The notes: a model not told the origin generated them from the letters alone. Positions 13,581 through 25,038 are shown, numbered from the whole stretch's first letter. The stretch is 63,371 nt of DNA, filler included, from Octopus bimaculoides (GCF_001194135.2; 11 parts of 9 records of this genome joined end to end with filler, not necessarily neighbours in it), one strand, 5' to 3'. Numbers and translations are program-made.

Positions 13581-13740
13581 CAACAGCAACAACAACAACA
13601 TCGAAAAATAGCTTAGGAATGAGATCCCAGGTTCGACATTTCCCCAATACACTTGATGAAGGCTGGAGGATGTATCAGCTGAAATGTTGTGTTAACAACA
13701 AACAAGATGAGGACAAATATCTATCAAATGTAAATAATTT
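13318..13740. mobile_element. Palindromic non-autonomous element: ~128-bp inverted Penelope-type terminal repeats around a tRNA-like head and (AAT/AAC)n
   Basis: Arms 13318-13446 and 13614-13740 are reverse complements by eye. The interior has A-box tggcgtagtgg and B-box gggttcgatt. Each arm carries a TGATGA-A-GGCT..AGCY-RAAA hammerhead-like core. Confidence 0.75.
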
Positions 13741-13954
13741 AAATAATATAAATAATGTATCTTTTAGTCACTCATTCATTCTAAAGAGTTTATGAATTCG
13801 TTTTCTAGCGAACAGTCTATTATTTTGCCTTGTCCATATTCATATTTCTCCACCAAAATTCAATTCCCATGCTGTCGAAATTAGCTGATTAAATGTTTTT
13901 GTTTGATGACATTTCATTGACAAGCGATGATGGTCTCAGACTACTTGCATTTGC

Positions 13955-13994
<40 letters not shown>

Positions 13995-14002
13995 GCATAG
14001 AG

Positions 14003-14062
<60 letters not shown>

Positions 14063-14143
14063 ATGGGTATATATAGCTATATGTATATGCAAATATAGGT
14101 ATTTATTAACGTACATATATGCATAAAGAACAAATATACTAAC

Positions 14144-14232
14144 CGCAAAGAGTACTATTTTCTGGCCTTCGGCAGTTTGTTAGTTTATGCGAAGCACTAG
14201 CAAGCTGATATGGAAACTGCGTATTTTTTTGC
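14144..14232 (-). CDS. Probable CAP C-terminus/hinge exon of the same CRISP gene
   Basis: Acceptor atcttttcag, donor G|gttagt; 89 nt, phase 2-1, open in only one frame: QKNTQFPYQLASASHKLTNCRRPENSTLC+G. Joins the EGF exon to give LC-D-C and keeps the PY and LC hinge residues. Confidence 0.65.
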
Positions 14233-14391
14233 CTGAAAAGATATATTTAGTTATTCACAAAATCATAGAATTTCACTGAAATATGTACCTAAATTTCGTA
14301 GTTTATCATAAAATTCCTATTCTAAAATGGGCTTTATCTTTTTCAAGTACCTTAAACAACCCATTTCGATATATATGGATATACATGTACA

Positions 14392-14460
<69 letters not shown>

Positions 14461-14759
14461 NNNNNNNNNNACAAACACACACACACTCACACACACACTC
14501 ACACACACACTCACACACATACACACACGCACATACACACACACACATACACACTTACGTTAAAACTTTGAAACCCGAAATTGTTAATTCTTTTATTTCA
14601 CATCTCTTATACTCGTTTGTGAATTCAATAAATAAATATAGCACATTAAAAATGCACTTTTACAAGTATTCCATCGAACCTACACAGATATTACAGAAAT
14701 TAATAGACACATCATAGAACATTTATATTTATTCTAACAAGTAAAGGTTTATATTTTTT

Positions 14760-15830
14760 ATTAATTGAAATTTTTGTTTCAGGTTCTATATGTAAATATT
14801 TATGATACCGTGTACAAAAAAGTCTTGCAGTTTTCTGAATTTCAAACGTGCTCTATTGTGGGTCATTTTGAAGGTGGGTGAACATTGCGTAAAATTGCAG
14901 AAAACATTGGGGTCCCACTTTCTAGAGTCAATATTGTGATTGTGCAATTCACCAGTGAGGGGAAGGAGGTCATACCTCCTTGACCAGCTCAACAAGAGCC
15001 CTCTGACAAGATCCTTTGGTTTTTTAAGAGTATTGCGGAGGAAAACCCTCGTTGCAAGGCCTCTGGCATAGCGGAATAATTTGATGTCCTTTCCCGAAAC
15101 AGCTGTCAATTATCTCCACAAACTTGGTTACTATTCAGCAAAAAGGAAGCATGAAGGAAGCTAATTCTTCGACCAGCCGACATTCAGCGGAGAACAGATA
15201 GGTCCTGTGAGGTGGTTGAGAGGCCACTAACATTTTATGACACTGTCATGTTCTCTGAGTAGTCCAGATTTGCTGTATGACCTGACAGTGGTCGAGTATG
15301 GGTCTGAAGAATCTGTGATCAAGAATGTTTAATGCGTAAAGATTGCAGCCAACAATGAAACACGGCGGCTATTCTGTGATGGTCTGGGGAACAACTTGGA
15401 GCAATGGTTGATCAGAGATGGTGGAAATGAGGAAATCATAAACTCATATAAAAAATATCTCCACATTGCAGAAAGGACGCATTCCAATCTTCTCCAGTAG
15501 TAAAATGATTAAAGAGAGCGAAAATGACCTGAGATTTGTCGAAAGAAAATGGCATTGAAAAGCGTCCATGGCCATGCCAGTCATCAGATATGCACCGTAT
15601 TGAACACTTCTGGGATATAATGGACAAAAACAATTAATAAAAAGTACAAGGAAGCATCTTGAAATCCAGTTATTTTGAGATTACTGCATGAAATTTAGCA
15701 AGAAATTCCTCAAAAGAATATTCGTAATTTGAACAATGATATGCCCAATAGGGTCGCTGCATTGAAAGATGCAAAGGGCATATCTACTCAATGTTAACAT
15801 TACAATAATAAATAATTTGAGTCTATAATT
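14760..15830 (+). mobile_element. Tc1-family transposase remnant
   Basis: Fragments SEFQRALIVGHFEGG..LRKIAENIG, LHKLGYY, MVWGT and SSDMHRIEHFWDIM (cf. SPDLNPIE.LW). Confidence 0.75.
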
Positions 15831-16171
15831 TCACATTTCAATAGATGTTAATGATTAAAAGGGTATCTATTTACTTTTGTCATGTCTGCGTATATGTTTG
15901 TGTCATTAGCATATTTGCCTACATACACACACATGTATGTATATNNNNNNNNNNNNNNNNNNNNNNNNNNNNNNNNNNNNNNNNNNNNNNNNNNNNNNNN
16001 NNNNNNNNNNNNNNNNNNNNNNNNNNNNNNNNNNNNNNNNNNNNNNNNNNNNNNNNNNNNNNNNNNNNNNNNNNNNNNNNNNNNNNNNNNNNNNNNNNNN
16101 NNNNNNNNNNNNNNNNNNNNNNNNTATATATATATATATATATATGTATCATATGCTAATGTATGAATATA

Positions 16172-17463
16172 TACAGTGGGGGGAAATAAATATTGGTACA
16201 TGTCAAAATTGTTTATTTATTTAATTTCTAATGAACATAAATGGGATATACCAATACTATATTTGCATACACATACATAAACTAAGAAGATGCAAAAGAA
16301 AATAATAAATTATAGTAACTAATGAATTTATATACAAATATAAGTATTTACGGGTGGTAAAAGTATTCGTATGGAAAATTGTACTGATAACTGATAATTC
16401 TGATTTAATACTTCGTAGCAAAACCATTATTCAGTTTCACTTCAACCAATCTCTTCTTGTAGTTCTTAATCAATGACTCGCATGTTTCTTTAGGATTTTT
16501 TTTCCCTTCTTGACAAATTTCCTTCAAACCTGGAATGCACATTAGGGCTCTTGAAGGAGTTTTAATTTTCAAATAACACCATAGATTTTCAATGGGATTC
16601 AAGTCAGGTGACTGGCGTGGGCATTCTAATAATTTTATATTGTGATTGACAATCCATTTTTGGTAGACTTCGTCGTTTGCTTTGGGTCGTTATCCCGTTG
16701 TAAAACCCACCCTTCACAAAGCTGGAGCTTTTCTAGTCTTATAAATTATTGTTCAAAATATTTTAGTACATCTCTGCATTCTTTCTACCATCTATCAGAT
16801 GTAAATTGCCAGTGCCATTTGCAGAGAAACATCCCTACACAAGGATGTTGCCACCTCTAAACTTTACAGTAGGAATTGTGTTTTTCGGCGAATAGGTCAT
16901 ACCATCTTTCCTCCAAACATGGCTACGCAAATTTCGTCCAAAACAATTCAATTTTCTACTCGTCTTTCAAAAGAACATTTTCCCAGACTGTATCAGATTT
17001 ATCGTTATGTTCATAAGCAAATGTTAAACGGGCATCTCTATGCCTTTTAGTCAACAGTGGAGTTTTTCTAGGAGAGCATGACTTCGGTGCATTCCTATGA
17101 AGTTCATTGCTGATTGTTCATAGTGTAACACTAGTCTTTGAAGCTAACAAATCTTCTTGCAACTTCTTTCTGGTGATCATTGCGTGTTTTTTTTTTCGAT
17201 ACTTCACTTCATTTTACTTAAAGATCTAGGGTAAATCTTGCGTGGTGCACCGGATCTTATTCTATTTTCAACAGTTCCCGATTTTTTATATCTTTGAATG
17301 GATGTAGATATTGTAGAAAATAGAATACAAACGTTCTCTGATATTTTCCTGTAACTTTTACTTGCTTTCCACTGTTCAATAATTAAGTTTTTCACTGAAT
17401 TTGTGAGTTCATTACTTTTTTCCATTATTACAAAACTACTTTATGTTGCCTCAGTGCTGAATG
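16172..17463 (-). mobile_element. Tc1-family transposon, truncated by an assembly gap
   Basis: TA + CAGTGGGGGGAAATAAATATT TIR at 16172. ORFs MNPIENLWCYLK...NNGFATKY* and MEKSNELTNSVKNLII..KSYRKISE..RSGAPRKI. Confidence 0.85.
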
Positions 17464-18675
17464 NNNNNNNNNNNNNNNNNNNNNNNNNNNNNNNNNNNNN
17501 NNNNNNNNNNNNNNNNNNNNNNNNNNNNNNNNNNNNNNNNNNNNNNNNNNNNNNNNNNNNNNNNNNNNNNNNNNNNNNNNNNNNNNNNNNNNNNNNNNNN
17601 NNNNNNNNNNNNNNNNNNNNNNNNNNNNNNNNNNNNNNNNNNNNNNNNNNNNNNNNNNNNNNNNNNNNNNNNNNNNNNNNNNNNNNNNNNNNNNNNNNNN
17701 NNNNNNNNNNNNNNNNNNNNNNNNNNNNNNNNNNNNNNNNNNNNNNNNNNNNNNNNNNNNNNNNNNNNNNNNNNNNNNNNNNNNNNNNNNNNNNNNNNNN
17801 NNNNNNNNNNNNNNNNNNNNNNNNNNNNNNNNNNNNNNNNNNNNNNNNNNNNNNNNNNNNNNNNNNNNNNNNNNNNNNNNNNNNNNNNNNNNNNNNNNNN
17901 NNNNNNNNNNNNNNNNNNNNNNNNNNNNNNTATATTCATTTATTTATATATATGTGTGCTTGTAAACATGTTATAAATAAATATGAAGCTACCAAGGACA
18001 CTACTCACGAAAATAGTTTATACCCAATATGTAAAGAAAATCATTGAAATCGCAACCGCTGCACACATATTTCATTTTTCAATTCCATTTTTTTATCATT
18101 ACAGCATATCTGTCACCATTCATAGCTAATACCACCACGCCATGCATTTTATGTTTGTTTCTTAATCTCTCATATAATCGCCTAATAGAACACCAATCGA
18201 CTAGATACATCTTTCAACTGGATACATGCAAGAGTGATTGGACTATGTTACCAACGTACTGTATTTTGCATTTGGGGCATCTTATCTGATATACAAAACA
18301 TATACATAAGAGTAAGTGTTGCGAAGGCAATTTGCTTGTGCATAGAGATTTTGCTGTGCGTCTGTTCACCGCGTTGGTAAGTGTGTGTATGTATGTATGA
18401 GGTTATTCAGTTTTACTTCAATATTTCTAGCTAATACTACAAGAGCCGCTTTCTAACCCAGATTCAATATTCCTTCTTTGGAATATCAACATCTTCAACA
18501 GGGTATATTTGTGTTTTGTGTACATATATAGATGTGCATATTTGTACACCGATAATATAATATGACAATTAGTTGGTTGCCATAATACAACTAAGAGTTT
18601 CAGATGTCGGGGGCCGAAGTCTGCTCCGGCATCTGGTGAGTTATTAAGGCAAACAAAAATACTATGAAAATGTGA

Positions 18676-18881
18676 GTTAAATAAAGGGAAATTACCCGAT
18701 TGGGAAGAAAGTAGAATTACTCGAAGTTAAAACCACGCTCATAAAATCCGTGTATGCGCGCATGAACATACATATATATGCACGCACGCACGCACGTGCG
18801 CACATGAGGATTCTATGAGCGTGGTTTTAACTTCGAGTAACTTTACTTTCTCCCTATTCGGGTAATTTCCCTTTGTTTAAC
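18676..18881. mobile_element. Fold-back MITE with ~75-bp arms and a (GCAC/TA)n loop
   Basis: gttaaataaagggaaattacccga...accacgctcataaaatcc pairs with ggattctatgagcgtggt...tcgggtaatttccctttgtttaac. Confidence 0.75.
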
Positions 18882-18884
18882 TGT

Positions 18885-19163
18885 CATTTTCATAGCATTC
18901 TGTTTGTCTTGATAACAGACAGCATGCCGGAGCAGACTTATTATGGCAACCGACTAATTGTCACTGGCGGGGTGGATACTGCGGACTTTCCGTACAAGGG
19001 ATCAAAAAGTCATGTTGATTCTATGGAAGATATTTGTTCTGAGCCGCCTAGACTATTGCTCTCAGTTGTGGTCACCACAAAGTGTTAAGCGGACAGCAGA
19101 ACTCGAAGCAATTCAGCAGCACTATACAAAAAAGATCGCCACAGTCCAACAGATGAACTACAG
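18885..19163 (+). mobile_element. CR1/L2-type LINE post-RT fragment
   Basis: ORF 18958: LAGWILRTFRTRD..MLILWKIFVLSRLDYCSQLWSP. Confidence 0.8.
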
Positions 19164-19263
19164 NNNNNNNNNNNNNNNNNNNNNNNNNNNNNNNNNNNNN
19201 NNNNNNNTTAATTAATTAANNNNNNNNNNNNNNNNNNNNNNNNNNNNNNNNNNNNNNNNNNNN
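19164..19263. other. Assembly linker (N-run + TTAATTAATTAA + N-run), first of ten
   Basis: The same 12-mer, with stops in all six frames, starts at 19208, 27651, 31529, 41763, 44078, 48122, 51494, 56462, 58270 and 61825. Confidence 0.95.
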
Positions 19264-19310
<47 letters not shown>

Positions 19311-19827
19311 TATAGATATATATATATACATCTGGCAAAAATGAGTTTCCTGCAATGGACTAGCATCCCATCCAGGAGGGGAATATATATGCCATAGAAA
19401 GTGATAATCTAGGTAATGTGTTAAGTCTATCACCCAAAAATAAAAACAATCATTCTAACAAATTTCCACAGCTTCCATCGATTAAATTTCCACAGTTTCC
19501 GTCTAACAAAGTTCATTCTTAAAACTTTGGCTGACTCAGGTCTATTGTAATACTGCGCAGTGGAATGGTTTCCAAAGTCGCATGGTTACAAAGTGATTTC
19601 CTTAACCACTCAGCTATACGGTTAGAATTTCAAATTGATGCTTAATGTCTAAAACCAGAATTTATGTAATTTACTCTGGTAGTGGGTTACAATACTATCT
19701 TATGTTTAGTAAAAGACAATTTTGAGATGATTAATAGCAAGCTTACAATGAAAAACTTACTAACTGCTACTTGATCTCATTACCTGAGGGAGATCAAAGA
19801 TAAAACAATGATAATTAAGTTAAATGG

Positions 19828-19872
<45 letters not shown>

Positions 19873-20344
19873 TGTGAGTGTGTGTGTGCATGTGTGTGTA
19901 TATATATATTTAAAAATATATATTATATATATATTATATGTATAATATATATATATATAAGTATGCATGTACATAAGCATGCATATTTGGATGTTTATAT
20001 ATCTAAATATCTATATCAGTCTTTCTTTCACTCACTCTCTTTCTCTCTCCTTCTCTCTCACTCTCAGTACATATATAGAGAGAAGGAAAGAGAGAGGGAG
20101 ACAGAGCAAGAGATAGCATGTGTGTGTGTGTGTGTGTGTGTGTGCACGCGCGCATATTTATACATATATATCTGCTGTTAATATATACAGACATACAAAT
20201 ATACATATATACAGACAGACAGATAGATATAGATATAGGCAGAGACAGATATAATATATATACACACATATATATGAATATATAAATGGGTGTTTGAGTG
20301 TATTCATATATATGCATTTAATCATTAACATGTGTATATAAATT

Positions 20345-20491
20345 AGGCACAGGAGTGGCTGTGTGGTAAGAAACTTGCTTCTAAACCACATGATTCCGGG
20401 TTCAGTCCTTGGGCAAGTGTCTTCTACTATAGCCTCCGGCCAACCGAAGCCTTGTGAGTGGATTTGGTAGACAGAAACTGAAAGAAGCCTG

Positions 20492-20545
<54 letters not shown>

Positions 20546-20755
20546 TTGTGTGTCCGTGTTTGTCCCCCTGCTATTGCTTGACAACTGATGCTAGCGTGTT
20601 TACGTCCCCATAACCTAGCAGTTCGGCAAAAGAGATCGATAGAATAAGTACTAGGCTTACAAAAGAATAAGTCCTGGGCTCAATTTGTTCGACTAAAAGC
20701 AGTGCTCCAGCATGGCCACAGTCAAATGACTGAAACAAACAAAAGAATAAAAGAA
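20345..20755 (+). mobile_element. tRNA-derived SINE family A with internal (TA)n
   Basis: Head ggagtggctgtgtggtaagaa..ccgggttcagtcc, body gagtggatttggtagac, tail ccagcatggccacagtcaaatgactgaaac. Other copies or pieces at ~29630-30045(+), 30075-30275(-), 32800-33170(-), 34040-34200(-), 38025-38150(-), 47800-47945(+), 51575-51765(+), 58350-58500(-), 60640-61030(+) and 61145-61230(+). Confidence 0.85.
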
Positions 20756-22127
20756 CGCAAATGTGTGCACATGCTGTAAAACATGTCTATGTGTTCAGCC
20801 TAAGTATATAGATACATGTCTGGTTACAGAGTAGGCTGCTGACAGGTAGATTCCAACTAAAGGAAATGAATCCTTAAGTAGAAGTTATATCAATATTATC
20901 TTGGCATCAACACAAAGTACTTGATTAAATCCAAGTCTAAATTGTATTTGTAATTGCTATTCATTAATGCAGATCAGTAATTCTTCAGACAAATGAAACA
21001 AAATTGTTTACAGGAAATATGTGAGATAGGCATAAAAGCTGAAATATAATTTCTCTCTCTCTCTCTCTGAAACAATCAAATTTGTTGGTGAGAAAAAAAT
21101 AATAATGAATTTACTCCCATTTACATAATTATACGTTCATGATTCGGATTATTAGCTTCATCTTTGGAGATGAATTTTTTTTAATTGTGTCATCATCATC
21201 ATCATCATTGTCGTCATTGTTATCTGAACATCTAATTTCCTACATTTGCATGGCTCAGATAGAATTTTTTTGGAAGCAGATTTTCTACAGCCAGATGCCC
21301 TTACTTTCATCAACGTTTACCTGTTTTCAAGCAAGGTAATATTTCTCTATGGTCATACATAGCTCTTGAAGATTTGAGTACACAACATAAATGCTTTTCA
21401 GATGTGTTTTGTACTTTTTTTTGCTTTGAACGGAGCTTCTGATTTCTTTTAATTACTAAAAATTAAATTACTGGAAATTTGTTGTCTTCGAGGTCATTGC
21501 TCAAGGTGTTGTCATGCATTGGGACTGAACCCAAAATCACATGATTTGGGAAGTTACACTTCTTACCTACACAGCCATACTGGCAGCTGTATAGTAAAAT
21601 AATACTCATAATCATATTGACAACACATATCAGACATTTTAGACATTAGTTGTATGTATAATAGTTTATTTCCTTTCATTATTTGTTGTCTTTTTCTTTT
21701 GTTACTATTCTGAATGAAGTCTCTTATAAGTACTATAAACAGGGTAGCGCCTACTTTGATAAATAATTAGCTGAATAATTAATTATCTTATAATAACTGT
21801 ATGCAACTAAACATGACCTTCAGGATATACAGCAGGGATAGCATCATCATCATCATCATCGACAATAGGAGTTGCCGTCACTAACACTAACACATACTAA
21901 TTAAGCTGTTGGTCATGTATATCTAGTTACACTGGATCATTATAAGTAAAAATGTCCAAGCTTATATAGTATTGATCTTATTATCATCTCATATATCTTG
22001 TGTTGAAATCTACTACTGTAGATGTCCTGTAGTGAATTTGAATGATATTGTTAATTTTGTGTTGCTCAGATCATCCAGTGCAGCATTTCTTCTTGCTGGT
22101 GGAGGCTAGCAATATTTTGATAAGCTG

Positions 22128-22395
22128 TAAGGCATCGAGCTGGCAGAATCATTAGCATGCCGGACAAAATACTTAGCAGCATTTCATCCATCTTTATGTT
22201 TTGGGTTCAAATGCTGCCAGGGTCAACTTTGTCTTTTGTCTTTTTCAGGATCAATAAAGTAAGTACCAGCTGAGTGCCGGGGTTGATTTAATTGGCTAAA
22301 TTAAGTACCAGTCAAATACTGGCATCAATGTGATTGACTTACCCACTTCACACAAATTTCAGGCCTTGTGCCTATAGTAGAAAGGATTATTATTA
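22128..22395 (+). mobile_element. tRNA-derived SINE family B with (ATT)n tail
   Basis: gagctggcagaatcattagca..ttcaaat..aggtcaactttg..gtaccag. Further copies at 23943-24630 (three in tandem), 45250-45440(-), 45800-46050(+), 48580-48800(-) and 48870-49085(-). Confidence 0.85.
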
Positions 22396-22789
22396 TTATT
22401 TCTCAGAATGTATGAGGAGAAATATGTTTGCGGGTTATTAACATCACGCCCTGGAGGAATGAATAAGATGACAGGAGAATATCATCAAATTTATACAAAA
22501 CTATTTGATTGAATATTCTTCTTTCTCTTTTTTTCTTTCCTTTTTTTTCTGTCATCTTCCTTTTTCTATTTTTTTCTTTCTTTCTGCCTGTTATAAAACT
22601 TAAAAACTGATGATGTCATTCCATCAACGTATGGACGCTGGTTACTCTCGTTCATACTTTACGTTTAAATTTCTGAAATTTTAAATTTTTAATCACCTCT
22701 TATTTTGAACTTGACAAAGACAGACGTACTGTTGAAATATTGTTCAAATAAAATATCTATACAATCGAATCGTGCTCTTTGTCTTGACT

Positions 22790-23045
22790 TATTATTATTA
22801 TTATTATTATTTTTATTATACGAAAACTCACAGCTTATTTTGTTGGGTATGATAGAAAGTGTCAGCTGTTCACAGCCAACAGACTAAGGTGACACTTGTT
22901 TAATGGTCATGCTTCAAGAACCCTATGAAGAATTCTTGCAGTTCTAAACAATGCTGATTTTTGTAGGTGTTCTCCCTTCACACTTACACCAATCTTTTTT
23001 AGCCATATTGGTAGGAGAGTGCTGATACTTTCAAGTGCTAGTTGA
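22790..23045 (-). mobile_element. 3' end of an R4/Dong-type LINE with (TAA)n tail
   Basis: Minus strand QKSALFRTARILHRVLEA*. The 3'UTR resembles 52685-52970 and ends in (AAT)n. Confidence 0.7.
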
Positions 23046-23089
23046 GCATTGATCATTATTATTATTGTTGTTGTTGTTATTTACTTTCA

Positions 23090-23850
23090 GTTTGCATGTT
23101 TGTTTCAATCACTTGTTCCCTAGAGCAAGTGAAGGTTAAGAGATATTACCCAGTGCCCTAAGGCAGGTGAAAGTTAAGAAATGTTACAGTATAACTGAAA
23201 GCCTGGGGAGAGCAGTAGCAAAATACCTCCATATAATACAATACAAACATTTAAATTGATAGGGTTTTTCTAAGGATGTGGGCAGTACTTGTCAGCATGA
23301 TCTTTTGAATTTCTGTGAGACATGGTTCTCCTGGGATGTTGTCTAGATGTTTCTGACATCCCTTTTTTTAATTATATCAAGGACACCTACAATAACAGGA
23401 ACAGTTTTTGCTTTAAGATGCTACATCCTTTGTATTTCAATTTCCAGGTCCTTATATTTATTAAGTTTGTCAAATTCCTTTACTGATATATTTTTATCAG
23501 TGGGAACACTTACATCTATTAGTCTACAAGTATCTTCTTCCCTGTCTTTAATAATTATGTCTGATCAATTAGCCTGGTATGTTCTGTCAGTATTGACTGG
23601 AAAATCCCAGATGGTGACATTTTTACCTTCAATGACTGGCTCAGGATGACATTCATATTAGCTAGTAGGAGTGCTGATTTGTAGTGTTCACATATTTTCC
23701 AATGTAAATAATGTCCTACCCTACCATGGCAATTTTTGTATTCATTTGATGTCAGCACAGGACATCCTGAAATGAGATGATCTATTGTTTTGTCAAATGT
23801 GTAACAGAATCTGCTGTTAGAGCCAATACCATTCTTGCTTACCAGAAATT
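23090..23850 (-). mobile_element. R4/Dong-type LINE 3' portion (CCHC + RLE)
   Basis: TIDHLISGCPVLTSNEYKNCHGRVGHYLHWKIC and ILWDFPVNTDRTYQAN*SDIIIKD..LIDVSVP..KYKDLEIEI. Bounded by (ATT)n at 23860-23940. Confidence 0.85.
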
Positions 23851-23896
23851 ATCAGGCTTATCATTATAACTATTATTATTATTATTATAACTATTA

Positions 23897-23945
<49 letters not shown>

Positions 23946-24758
23946 GGCACTGAGCTGGCAGAAACGTTAGCACAATGAGTGAAATGCTTAGCGGTATTTC
24001 GTCTGTCTTTACGTTCTGAGTTCAAATTCCGCCAAGGTCAACTTTGCCTTTCATCCTTTCGGGGTCAATAAATTAAGTACCAGTTACGCACTGGGGTCCA
24101 TGTAATCAACTTAATCCCTTTGTCTGTCCTTGTTTGTCCCATCTATGTTTAGCCCCTTGTGGGCAATAAAGAAATAAGAATTATTAGCACACCAAACAAA
24201 ATGGTTAGCAGCATTTCATCTGGTTTTATGTTCTGAGTACAAATTCTGGTAAGGACGACTTTGCCTTTCATCCTTTCAAGGTCAATAAAAGAAGTACCAA
24301 TTGAGTACTGGGGGTCGATGTAATTGACTTACTCCCTCCCCAAAATTGCTGGCCCAGCACCAAAATTTGAAATTATTATCATTATCATTATTATTATTAT
24401 TATCATTATTATTATCATTATTATTAAGGCAGTGAGTTTGTTGAACCATTAGTAGACCAGACATTTTGCCCATCTTTGTGTTCTGAGTTAACATTCTGGC
24501 AAGGTTGACTTTGCCTTTCATCCTTTTGGGGTCGATGAAATAAGTACCAGCTGCATACTGAGGTCAATGTAATCAACTAACCACCTTCCCCCCCAAATTT
24601 CAGGACTTGTTCCTATAATAGAAAAGATTGTTATTATCATTGTTTTAATGTGCTTGTATTGTTTTTTTCTTTCACAGCTAGGGTTTCCAATATTTAAATT
24701 TATTTCATTCATGACTCCTGCTGTGTTATGAATCTCACATGTATATATACATATATAC

Positions 24759-25038
24759 ACAATTGCAGCATGGAAGGTGTTTATATGTCATTTAAGAAAC
24801 ACACAAAAACCGTTAGATTCACTTCAACATTTAAATTTAATTTCCCGGAATATTTTCGTCGCTTTGAGACCATGACCTGTAGACTGACAAAATTCCGTGC
24901 TGAATTTTGTCAATGAACAGGTCGCAGTCTCAAAGTGATGAAAATATTTTGGCAAATTAAACTTAAATGTTGAAGTGAATCTAACGGTGTTTGTGTGTTT
25001 CTTAAATGGCTTATAAATACCTTCCATGCTGCAATTGT
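24759..25038. repeat. ~280-bp fold-back palindrome (MITE-like)
   Basis: The ORF track gives near-identical peptides on opposite strands (24728+ and 24824-). Centre gacaaaattc-cgtgct-gaattttgtc. Confidence 0.9.

Noticed and set aside
18009-18062. Possible CAP exon (GCDFNDFLYILGINYF, strong gtgagt donor, minus strand)
   Set aside because: It ends in phase 1 but the next exon needs phase 2, the acceptor lacks a polypyrimidine tract, and the VCNY cysteine is absent. Worth rechecking with RNA-seq.
22440-22660. PYV plus Lys-rich stretch resembling the C2B polybasic region
   Set aside because: In-frame TAG and a low-complexity purine tract.
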